The translations under genes and the position numbers were made by a program. The notes under the pieces were generated by a model. The model ran no database searches, was not told where the DNA came from, and worked only from the letters and a program-made list of their open reading frames with translations. From Cenarchaeum sp. (lineage in GTDB: Archaea > Thermoproteota > Nitrososphaeria > Nitrososphaerales > Nitrosopumilaceae), in contig OY843584.1 in the NCBI GenBank assembly GCA_963692915.1, forward strand, positions 1,056,001 to 1,120,000: a stretch of DNA of 64,000 nucleotides. Reading direction: 5' to 3'. Below are positions 51,001-63,000 of the stretch, in pieces. The first letter of the stretch is position 1, and every line of letters starts with the position of its first letter.

Positions 51001-54000
51001 CGGTGAGCGTGTACGTGGTGGCGTCGCCGACGACAAGGGCCGCGTTCGACACCGTGAGGCCGCCGTCCGCCGTCCATCCCGTGGTGACCTCGGTCACGTC
51101 CTCGGTGAACGTGACTTCGATCGTGTCAGCCGCCGTGAACTCGGCGGACTCTATGGACGGCCTGACCTTGTCGGCGGCCTCGACCGGGTTTGCGCCCGTC
51201 GGGCGCAGCGCGACGTCGTCGGGGTCGAGCAGCCCGCCGGCGGCGTCCGTGTACGCGACGTCCGGCGTCGCGTCGGCGGCCTGCGCGCTGGCCAGCGTGA
51301 GCGTGATCGTGTCGGTGGCCGACGTTATCGTGATCGCGGCGTCGCCGACCGTCGTCAGCAGGCCTGCCGTGACGGAGTCGGGCTGCTGGCCGGCCACCGT
51401 CCACGCCATGCGCGCGGTGCTGCCGTCAAGATCATCGGAGAACTCGACGGTGACTGACGTCGGCGTGACAAGCTCCGCGAGCGTTATCGTCGGCGGCGCG
51501 TTGTACGTCGCCGTCTCGGTCTCGCCGGCCACTATCGTGTTGGGCACCGTGGCCACGTCCGCGATCGTGCCGGGCGCGTTCACCGTGTACGACCTGCCGT
51601 CCACGGCGTTGCCGTCCAGCTCGAGCGTGTACGTGCTGCCCGAGTGATCCGCGGTGTCCACGTCGAGGCTGCCCACCGTGTCGGTCAGCGACCAGCCCGC
51701 GGTGACCTCGGTCACCGGCTCGGTGAAGGTGACGGTGATCATGTTGGGCTCCGTGAACGTGGCAGACTCGATGGACGGGGCGATCCCGTCGGCGGCCTCG
51801 ACCGGGTTTGCGCCCGTCGGGCGCAGCGCGACGTCGTTGGGGTCGAGCAGCCCGCCGGCGGCGTCCGTGTACGCGACGTCCGGCGTCGCGTCGGCGGCCT
51901 GCGCGCTGGCCAGCGTGAGCGTGATCGTGTCGGTGGCCGACGTTATAGTGATCGCGGCGTCGCCGGCCGTCGTCAGCAGGCCTGCCGTGACGGAGTCGGG
52001 CCGCTGGTCGGCCACCGTCCACGCCGTGCGCGCGGTGCTGCCGTCGAGCGCCACGGAGAACGTGACGGTGACTGACGTCGGCGTGTCGAGCGTGGCGGCC
52101 ACTATCACCGGCTGCGCGCGCGTGGCCGCAACGCCGGCGTCGGCGTACGGCAGGTATGCGGCGTTGGCCAGCCGCGACGTCGGCGTGACGGTGTGGGTAG
52201 CCGAGGACGCGTCTTCGGCTAGCGTGAGCGTGACGGTGAGTGCGTTGGCGTCATAGGCCACGGGGTCAGTCGAGGCCAGCGCGACGGCGTCAGGCAGGGC
52301 GTCTGCGTCGATGCCGTCAGGCACCGTCACGCCAAAGTTGCCGGCCACCACGGTCTCTGGCGCCAGCGCGTCATCAAAGGTGAGGACAATTGTGCGCGCG
52401 CCGGTGATCTTGGCCGTGAACGTCGGTGCCGTGGTGTCGTACGTCACGGCGGGGAGACTCGCGGGGTTCTCGACGTACGCGTTGCTGCTTGGGTCTATTA
52501 TGCTGCCCTCGCCCATGATCCCCAGCGTGTACATTGTCCCGTCGGGGGAGCTCGAGGCGCCGGGCGCCACCGTGAACGTTACCGTGTTACCTGCGACGGT
52601 CACCGTGCCGGCCGTGAGTGCAGTGGCTCCCGCGCTGCCCGTCAGGACAAAGGTGACCCCTCCAGGGGTCAGCGCGGCCAGACTCTCGCTAAAGGTCATC
52701 CTCACGCTCGCGCCGCCGAGTATAAACTCGGCGCGATCCACCACAGGGGGCGCACGATCGGTGACGGACCTGGCCATCAAAGCCTCGCCCTTGCCCACGA
52801 GGGGGGTGCCCCCTGCGTTAGAGAGCACGTTGGCGCCCTCTGACGGACGAGTGTACGACACGGTACTCCTGTTAATCGCAGTCAGGTCGCCGGAGGAGCC
52901 GTCGGGGTCAGTCAGGCCCGTGGAGGGGCGCGGCTGCTCAAACGTGAGGAGGACAGAGCGCGCCGTCTCAAGCATGGTCGGCACGACTGTCCTTACAGTC
53001 GAGCCGCCCACTTTCCACTCGCCAGGCGCCGTCGTGCCGCTGACGGACCTGCTAAAGTCGATCCTCATGGTGCTCGCCGACGTGAGCACGGCGTCGATTG
53101 CGGGGAGCGGCACGTACTCTACGGTGCCCGGCACGCGCACGGCGGTGAGGGCATCATTTCCGAGCGAGTCCGTCGTTCCGGTCACGCGCAGTATGAACGC
53201 GCTGCCTGTGGCCACACCGCCGGCCAGCGGGAACCTCAGGCCCGTGTCCGGGCCATAACCCTCGTCCTCCGGGTCAAAGGAGGCACTGGCGGTGCCCGTC
53301 TGGGCAACAGTGCCGGAGCTGAGGGAGATCTCCAGGCCCTCGTCGCCCTGCAACACGACGGCATCATCAAAGAGGATCTCGGCTATGAACGCGCTTGTAA
53401 AGCGGCCCACCTGGGGCTTCGGCTCGATGCCGTCAGCGGCGCGGACGGGGGTGTCACCCGTCGAGAGCATGGTGTTGCCAGACGCGTCGGCCAGGCGCAC
53501 CTGCCCGGCATCGAGCGCAGTCGAGGCGTCGTACGCAAAGTCCGGCGTCGAGGCCGAGGAGGCAAGCGTGGGATGGTTGATGTTCACGCTGCCCGTAGAC
53601 GACGCGGTGAGCAGGGTCGCGGTGGCCGAGTCAATGCCATTGGCTGTCATCTTTGTGCCGTCCTGGCCCTCCGTGAACGACCAGTCAACTGCGCGTATCG
53701 TGCCGTCGACAGGCTCGCTAAAGGTGATCGTCGTGGCGTCCAGCTCCAGCGTCTTGGCCGTGAACGTCGGCGGCGCCTTGTCAGATACTGCCGTGGCCGT
53801 GGCCATCTCGCCGGCAGCAGCAATGTCGTTGCCAGAGGCGTCTGTGATCGTGTTAGACACAGTACCAGGGACGGTCGCGGGGCGCGTATAGACCACGTTC
53901 GCCGGCGTGATCGCCACGAGCGGGCCGGTGCCATCAGGGTCGGCCAGTGCCGTGCCCACGCGCGAGGCTGACAGCGTGAGGACGATCTCCTCGACAGAGG

Positions 54001-57000
54001 ACGGCGCGGATGGCGTGACTGTGCTGACCGTCAAGCCGGCGACTCTCCACTCATCAGGTGCTGTCACGCCGTTGACAGGCTCGCCAAAGTCGATCGTAAC
54101 GGTGCTCGCAGACGTGAGGCTTGCGGTGAACGCCGGTCCGATCGTGTCCGTCAGCGGGAGCGTGACCGCAACGCCGGCGCCGCCGTACGGCAGGTATGCG
54201 GCGTTGGTCAGCAGCGACGTCGGCGTGATCGTGTGGGCCACGCCGCGCGTCGCATCACCGGCGAGCAGGAGCGTGACTGTGAGCGCATCTGCGTCATAGG
54301 TGACAGCGCCTGTTGAGGCCAGCGCGACGCTGACGGGGGAGCCGCCCTGCGTAGAGTTGGGCACCGTCACGCCAAAGTTGCCGGCCACGACTGTCCTCTG
54401 CGCGAGCAGCTCGTTAAAGGTGAGCACGATGGTGCGATCGCCGGAGAACGCCGCGCGGAACGTCGGCGGCGTCGTGTCGTACGTCGCGCTCACCGAATCC
54501 TCAAACGCGTTGCCGTTCACGTCCTCTATGGTGCCCCCGCCGATCGTTAGCGCGTAAAGAGTCCCGTCATCAGCACTCGAGACGCTAGACGCCAGCGGGA
54601 GCGTTATCGTGCTGCCCGAAGCCGTCACCACGCCGACTGTGGGAATCGGCGCTCCGGTCACCACGCTGCTCAGCGCAAAGGTGAGCCCCGAGGGCAGCGT
54701 GGCTAGCGTCTCGGTAAAGGTCAGCGTCATGCCGTTGCCGTCAGTCGCAAAGACTGCGCGATCCAGCCTTGGGTTGGCCTCGTCGGTCACTGCCGTGGAC
54801 ATGGCCCTCGAGCCGGCGGCGGCAAGGTCGTTGCCGGAGAGGTCCGTGATCGTGTTAGACGCAGTCGTCGTGCCGGTCGCGGGGCGCGTATAGACCACGC
54901 TCGTCGCGCTGAGCGCAGTCAGGCCGCTGGCGCCATCGGGGTCAGACAGGTCAGTCGTCGCGCGCTCCGTGGCTAGCGTGAGGGTGATCTCCCTGACCGA
55001 GGACGGCGAGGACGTCGAGGACGGCTCGACCGTGCTGACTGCCGAGCCGGCGACGATCCACTCTTCAGGGGCGGTGGTGCCGCGGACGTCCTCGTCAAAC
55101 CTGATCGTCACGGTGTCCGCAGACGTGAGCGTCGCGCTGAACGTCGGCGCAGTCGTGTCTGGCGTGTATGTCGTCTCTGACACGACGGCGACGAGCGCGT
55201 TGCCGGCCAGGTCGGTGATCACACTCGTCAGCTGCACGGCCCACGACCCTGCCAAGTTTGCCATGGCATCCACGGTGAGGACGGCGCCCTCGGCGATAGC
55301 ACCCCTATTCTGCTGCTGGACGCCTGACGTAAGCGGCGGGGCGACATTCACGGTGAACGTGTCCGGCGTCACGATCACCTCGTTGAACGTGATCACAATC
55401 GAGGTGCCCCTAAAGAACGCCGGCATTGCCGCATCAAGCGTCGGTGCGGTTCGGTCCACGGTGGGCAGCTCGACTGTGATGTCTCCGGTGTGGCCGTCCT
55501 CGGCCGTTATCTGTCCGTCGATGCCGGCTGCATCCTCGACATCTATGGTAAAGTCAAATGGCGCGACAGACGACGTCTCGGGAGTCGTGGCCGACACGGC
55601 GAGGTCATAGTGCCACGTGCTCGCGTCGCTGCCGCCCGTGTTCACCATGGACTGGTCCGTGAGCCCGCCGACGTCGATCTCCGGCGTGCCAGAGGCATCC
55701 TCGCCGAGCGTGAGCAGGAGGCGGATCGTGTCACCGGCAGCAGCTTGGAGCGCCGAGGCGCCGGACTTTAGCGTGGACAGCTCCAGCGTGTCACCCGTGC
55801 CCGAGCCGTCCGTGTCGGTGTCATCATACACCTCAAAGGATATCTCAGTAGCCCTCGGCGGCGCGTCATAGGTGCCCGTGGCAGCCGCGTCGGCGTACGC
55901 GTTGCCGGCCAGGTCAGTCAGCGTGGATGGCAGTGCCACAGAGTATGCTCCCGGCGCGTATGTGGCATCGAGCACGGTGACGACCGCACCGACTGGCATG
56001 GTGTTTCTGGCCATCGCATCAGACGCGCCTGACGGCGGCGTGACAGTCAGCGTGGTCGGAGAGACGACTGTCTCGCTGAACGTGAGGACGATCGAGGTGC
56101 CCGAGAAGGCAGTCGTCGTGAGCGTCGGCGCCGTGCGGTCTATGGTCGGCACGCTGAACGTGATGCCGCCGGCAAGCATGGTATCCTGCGTTATGGGCAC
56201 AGGGTTGTTCCCCACTGTGATCGAGAACGTGAACGGCGCAGTGGACGACGTCTCGACTGTCGTGGCGCCCACGATAATGTCGTGGTGCCACGTCGAGGCG
56301 TCAGCGTCACCGGCGTTGCCCATCGGCGTCGCAGTCGGCGTCCTGCCCATGCCGGGCACCGTCACTGACGGCGCGGTGGCGACGTCCTTGTCGAGCGTGA
56401 GCGCGAGGCGGATCGTGTTGTCGGCCATCGCGTGGAGCGCCGAGGCGCCGGACTTTATCGTTAACAGGTTCAGCGTGTCGGCCGTTCCGGAGCCGTCCGT
56501 GTCAGTGTCGCCGTACACCGCAAAGGAGATCACAGTCGCCATCGGCAGCGAGTCGTACTCGGCGCCTCCAGGCACGGCCGTGTTGGCAGTTATGATGTTC
56601 ATCGCCGCGTCGCGTATATCGCTCAGGACCAGGGCGTACGTGCCATCGACCACATGGTCGGCCAGCGTGAAGCGCAGGCCGGTGTCCGGCCCGTGCACGG
56701 CGCCGGGCGGATCAAAGGGGTTGGGGGCCATCTCCGTGGATTCTGGCGCCGTGCCCGTGGTGGCCTCGATGCCGTTGAGGGTGACCGACAGGGGCTTGTC
56801 GGTGGGCCTTATGACGGCCTCGCTAAAGATGACCTCGACGGTGTTCGACGCCGTAAAGCTGCCCTCCACAGGGACCGGCCCCACGCCGTCGGCGGCCACG
56901 ACGGGGCTGTCGAGCGTGGAGCCCACGAGGTTGCCGGCCTTGTCGGCCAGAAGCGCCTGCCCCATGGCCATCTCCTGATCGGTCAGGGTCGGCTGCACGT

Positions 57001-60000
57001 ACGAGACCTCCGGCGTCGAGCCCGTCGATTGGAGACTGGCGTGGGTGAGGAGCATTGAGGCCGCCCCGCCTGACCCGATCGTGATTGCTGGCAATGGCGT
57101 CCCGGTGTCCAGGGTCACGCCCGTGATGGCGAGCGGGGCGCTCCCGTCCGAGATTGACCAGTCGGTCGCGCGCACCGTGCCCACTAACGGCTCTGTGAAG
57201 TGGATCCTCGTGTGCTCCAGGGATCGCGTCAGGGGCGTGAACGTCGGCGGCGTGGTGTCCTCCACGGCCGAGAAGGTCCCGTCGGCCAACGCGTTGCCGG
57301 CCGTGTCGACTATCGAGTCGACCCTGCCGTCGGCCTGCGCGTCAAGGGTGAGCACTATCGTGTCAAGGCTAAACTGGGAGTAGACGTCAAACCTTCTAAC
57401 GTCTAGCATGGCCGTGGCGAGCTGCGACGGCATGTCATAGACGACAGAGTCGGCGGTGACCGAAGTGTCCGTGCTGGCGCCAGGCGCCCTCCCGCTGAAC
57501 GTCCAGTCGTCCTCTGTCGGCAGGGTCTTGCCGGTGGCATGCAAGACGGGCTCGGAGAAGGTCACGGTGTGAACGTTGGTAACCGCGTCAGTCAGCGGCC
57601 TCTCTACCGTAAACATCGGAGGCGCGCCGTCGGTGACTGTCGCAGCCGTGGCCGTGCCGCCAGCAGAGTCCACAAGGTAGAGCATTGCAGAGTTTTGGAT
57701 CGTGCTGGTGCCCGTCGACGGGCGCGTATAGACCACGTTTGCCGTGGTGATCGCAGTCAGGCTGTCGGTGCCGTCAGGGTCCTCCAGGCCCGTGGAGGGG
57801 CGCGCCGCATCAAGCGTGAGGACGATCTCTGTGTCGCCAAAGGGCGAGGACGGCGTGACGGTTCTGACTGTAGAGCCGGCCACTGCCCACTCGCCGAACG
57901 CCGTCGCGCCAACGACTGGATCGCTAAACGTGATCGTCACGGTGTCCGCAGACGTGAGCGTCGCGCCAAACGTCGGCGCAGTCGTGTCCACCGCGTACGT
58001 GGCCATCACGGAGGCGGTGGCAAGCTCGTTGCCCGAGACGTCCGTTATGTCCGTGGAGAGCGCGACAGAATACTCGCCAGCAGTAGGCGGGGAGATCGGG
58101 ACTGCCACCCGAATCTCGCCGTCACTGTGAGCCACGGTCACGCCGCCAGTGGTGGACGCAGGCGTCGTGACCTGCAGGCTCGAGGGCATGTTGTTGACCG
58201 GCTCGCTGAACAGGATGGCTATCGCGTCGCCAAAGAAGACGGCCCTGGCCGTAGGCGCCACACTGTCAGTCACTGCCGTGGCCGTGGCCGTCCCGCTGGC
58301 GGTGGCAACAAGGTCGTTGCCGACGCCGTCGGCGAGCGTGTTGGACGCAGTCGCCGAGTCCGCCGCCGGACGCGTATAGACCACGTTCGCCGCGGTGAAC
58401 GCAGTCAGGCTGCCGGTGCCGTCAGGGTCTTCCAGGCCCGTGGAGGGGCGCGCCGCATCAAGCGTGAGGACGATCTCGTCAACCGAGGACGGCGAGGAGG
58501 GCGTGACTGCGCTGACCGTAGAGCCGGCAACCGTCCACTCTCCGGGCGCCGTCGTGCCGCTGACATTCTCGTCAAACTCGATCGTCACGGTGTCCGCAGA
58601 CGTGAGGCTTGCGCTGAACGTCGGCGCAGTAGAGTCTGGCGCGTATGTCGCAGTCACCGTGGCCGGCGAGGCAAACGCATTGCCGGCAAGGTCGGCCAGC
58701 AGGGTCGGCAGCGTGATGGTGTGCACGATGTTCAACGTGGCATCATCGGCGAGCGTGAGGGTGATCGTGAGGGCCGTGGCGTCATAGGCCGGCGGGTTGG
58801 AGCTGTCCAGCGAGACAGCCTTGGTAGTTCCGCCAGAGCTGGTGTCTGGCACCGTCACGCCAAACGTATAGCCCGCTATATCCAAGGCCGTGTTGGCGAG
58901 GGCCTCGTCGAGCGTGATGGCGACCTTTCTGATTGCCGTGAAGTCCGCCTCGGCCGTGGGTGCCGTGAGGTCTATGGTCGGCACGCTGACGGTGACTCCG
59001 GTGGACAGGCCGGCGGCCTGCGTGATGGGCTCCGAGTTGCCCCCCGCGTCAGCCGCCGTGATCGTGAACGTAAAGGCCGCCTCGCCCGAGGAGGACGTCA
59101 CGGGCAGGTCGTAGCGCCACGTCGTGGCCAGGTCGTCGTCATTGTCGTCCATCGCAGTCCCCTCCGCCGCCGTCCGGCCGTTCACCACTATCATCGGCGT
59201 GCCGGCTGCGTCCTCGTCGAGCTTTAGCACGAGGCGGATCGTGTCCCCGTCGCTTGCGTGCAGCGCGCTCTCGCCGGTCTTTAGCGTGCCGGAATCTGGC
59301 GTGCCGTCGTACACCGTAAAGACAAGCGAGCTTGCGGTCGGCGCCCTCGTGTCTGACACCATGCGCGTCGCGCTCGCCGTGGCGGCTGCTGCGATCATAT
59401 TGTCGCTATCGTCCTGTATGCCATCGGGCAGCTCGACTGTGTGGGATACGTTGGGAGCCGAGTTTGACGCCAGCGTCAGCGTGACTGTCGAGGTGACGTC
59501 CTGCTCGGCATAATCGGCCGTGCCTGTGAGGCCCACAGCCGAGCTGCCGGAGGTCATGGGGTACGACGAGGTCGTAGAGGGCACCGTGCCGTCCTTTAGG
59601 TGCTCGCGGAACGTGATGACAAACGTGTTGGGCGCGCTAAACGCCGAGGAGAGAACCTCGGGGTCGCGCACCTCTACGCGCACGCGATAGCCCCCGTCAT
59701 CGATCAGGACTCCTGCCGTGTCTCCGGAACGGGTGCGGGGAATAGACGAGTCTTCAGTCAGGTCCTCGTGCGTGAACATTGACTCGTTGCCGACGGCGTC
59801 GCGCACGGTGAGCATGAACGTGATGTTGCCCTCCGGTGAGGAGGCCGTGACGGCGTGCGAATAGTTGTATATCCGCGTGGTTTCGCCGGATTGTCCTGCG
59901 CCCAAGGCAGTCGCAGACGAGGGCGTGCCGGGGAAGAACGTGATGTCAGCGGAGGCCGCAGAGGGAGTGTAGGTTTGTGAGGCAGGATTGCCGGAACCTA

Positions 60001-63000
60001 TCGGTATGGCTGAGCCGCCGACATAGAGGGTCTCGCTGGGCTTTATGAGCACCCATGCCACATGGCCAGCGCTGGCAGGATTCGAGCTGTAAGTGGGAGC
60101 AGACCCAGGGTTGGGTACAGCCCTGAGCATAAAGAGCGAGCCGGTGTCGGCCAGCTCGGGGGCCGCATTGTCAGTAAAGGTGGCGCTAGTCGCCGTTGGT
60201 GCCAGCGCGTTGGACGAGGCGTCAACTATCGACCCTGTGCCCGTGTGGGCGAGGACTGCGCCGGTGGCGACTGCAGTCGAGGGCAGCCTGTTCGTGGCGT
60301 CCCTCGTGAGCGTGACTGTGGTGCCCGAGACCGTGCCAGAGTCAAAGGTGATGCCGGTGCTGATATTCCACTCCGAGCCAGTAATCGTGCCGGTCACGGT
60401 CTCGGACATTGTCGCCGTCACCTGCGTCGAGGAGTCAAGCGTCGCCGATAGTATCGTGGGCGCTATCCTGTCAAGGGCCGTGATGTGGGGTGCGATCGTC
60501 GACTCGAGGGCGACGTCGGCTGTGCTGTCAAGCGAGTTGGGGTCCTGTCCCGCAGTGGGCCTCGTGTACGTCACGACAGGTGTCGCGTCGACGGCCTGTG
60601 CGCTGGCCAGCGTGAGCGTGAGCGTCATGGTTGCCGTACCTATCGTGAGCGTCGAGCCGGCGTCTACTGGCGAGCCGCCTGCGTCCACCGAGGCCGGCGC
60701 CACGTTGTCGACTCTCCACTCGTTGGCGTCCGTCTCGCCGTCGAGCGTCCCCGAGAACGTGACGGTGACTGTCGTCGGCGCATCAAGCGTCGCGCCCATT
60801 ATCGTCGGCGGCGCATTGTACGTCGCCGTCGTCGACGCAGAGGCGCCGATATTGTTGGCCATCGGCGTGGCTCTGTCCTTGATCGCATTAGCCGCGTTGA
60901 TCGTGTACGTCAGGCCGGCCTGCGCGGCGTCCTCGAGCTCTATCGTGTACTCCGAGTCGGCCGTGCGCGAGGCCGACTCTAGGTCGAGGGATGTGACACC
61001 GCGCGTCACCGACCAGCCGTCGTCTCCCTCAATGTCAGTCACGTTAGTCACGTCCTCGCTGAACGTCACGGTGATCGTGTCAGCATCGACAAACAGGGCC
61101 GACTCGATCGTCGGGGCTATCCCGTCAGCGGCCACGATGCCGCCTGCCGGCGTCGAGAGCAGCGGGAGATCGGCGGCGTTCGCTAGCGAGTTGGCGCCCG
61201 CTCCCGTGGGCCTCGTGTACATCACGACTGGCATCGCGTCGTCATCTTGCTCGTCCTTGTCTGCCAGCGTGAGCGTGATCGAGCGCACCGCCGCAGTTAT
61301 CGTGATCGAGCCGGGACCAGTCGTCGTCTGCAAGCCAGCCGTGACGGAGTCGGGCTCATCACCGTCGACGCTCCACTCGCCGCGCGCAGTCTTGCCGTCA
61401 AGCGTATCTGAAAAGCTCACCGTGACTGACGTCGGGGAGGTGAGCCTGACAGAGGATATCGTGGGCGCCGAGCTAATGACAGCCAGCGTGCCATCGCTCA
61501 CGGCATTGCCCTGCGCGTCGGCGATCGAGAGCTCCCTGTTCACATCAACGGCGTCAAACTCTATGCTGATGGGCGTGTCTGCCTTGAAATCGTCATACCC
61601 GTGATTGCCGGTGGCCCGCGGGCTCAGCGTGACTGTGTCAGCCGTGACAAGGTCGATCGCATACCCCGCGCTCAGCGCAGGAACCCTGATGGTCGCATCC
61701 AAGTTGTTCAGGCCGACGAACTGCCAGTCCTCGTGTGTGGGCAGCGTCTTGGTTGCGACAAGCTCTGCCCCCTCGGTGAACGTTATCGTGTGCTCAAGGT
61801 CGGCTCCCGTGCCGGTCCGCACGGCGATATAGTCCGGAGGCGCCCCGTCAGTCGCAGTAGCAGTCGCCGCGCTCACGGTGCGGCCAGTCGCAGGCGAGAG
61901 GCCGCCCGCAGTGGCAGCATACGTAATGGTTGGCAGCGAGGCCGTAGAGATGGGCTCGTGGAGGAGCGTTATCTTGTCAGAGGTGATCGACACGGCAGCC
62001 GCGCCGGCCGTGACCGCATCGACCTCACCGGCGGCGATTCCAGTGGCCGGACCGGCCGGCTCGCCATCAAGGCTGCCGTCAACGGTCCACTCTGACGGCG
62101 CACTAGAGCCGGTCACAGCAGAGGTGAACGTGATGACGGTGAGAGTCGAGGAGCTCGTCACCGCAGATATCGTCGGCGTCGCCGGTATGCTAATCGTGCC
62201 GGCAGTCACGTTCGTCTCATCAGCGGTGACATCGACACTGGGTGCTGCGCCGTCGCGCGCGACAATGTCAAACTCGACCGTTCCTGACGCGTCATCAACT
62301 CCGACGGTGTGCGTGTGCGTCCAGACGGTCCGGTGGGCAGAGCCCGCGGCGGCGACCATATCGACTGTGGAGCCGAGTATCGTTATCATGGGTTCAGAGG
62401 CCGCCGAGGCCGGCTCGTTGAGGCTCGCCGTTATGACAATGTCCTCGCCCACATTGGCCACGCGCGCAGACTGGCCCATCTTTGCAGTCTTTGGCGTGCT
62501 ATCATTATCATCCTCATCGACAAAGACGCCGGCCGTGGCCGTTATGGTCAGCGCAGTGGTGTCAACAAAGTCCGCAACCCCGACTGCGCTAGTCAGGACG
62601 CGCAGCGCGCCGGCGTCTGACGAGAGGCCTGACGTGCGTGGCGTGCCGTCCGCGCCTAGATAGCGCACGACGGGCGTCGCGTCTGCCGGAAGGGCAGAGG
62701 CCGCCCCAAGGGTGATCGCAAGCGAGGCCCCGCCGGCTGCAAGCGTCGCGCCCGAGGGCACTATGTGGCTCGCCGTGTCACCAAGCCCGCCGGGGAACGT
62801 CGAGGGCGTGAGGTCGAGTATCCATTGGCCAGGCGTGGTCGTGCCTGACATCGAGTCAGAGAACGTCACGGTTATGGCCGTAGGCGAGGTGAGCGTCGCG
62901 CCAAACGTCGGTATCGCGCCGGTCATCACGTCATAGTCGCCGCCAAGCAGCAGAACATTGTCAGACGGGTCAGGATCAGAGGCGACGTACGTTCTAACCG

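Noticed and set aside
3510-59640. Diversity-generating retroelement as the cause of loop variability
   Set aside because: The loops differ in length and at all four bases rather than only at adenines. No TR/VR pair or reverse transcriptase is visible in the window, although one elsewhere cannot be excluded.
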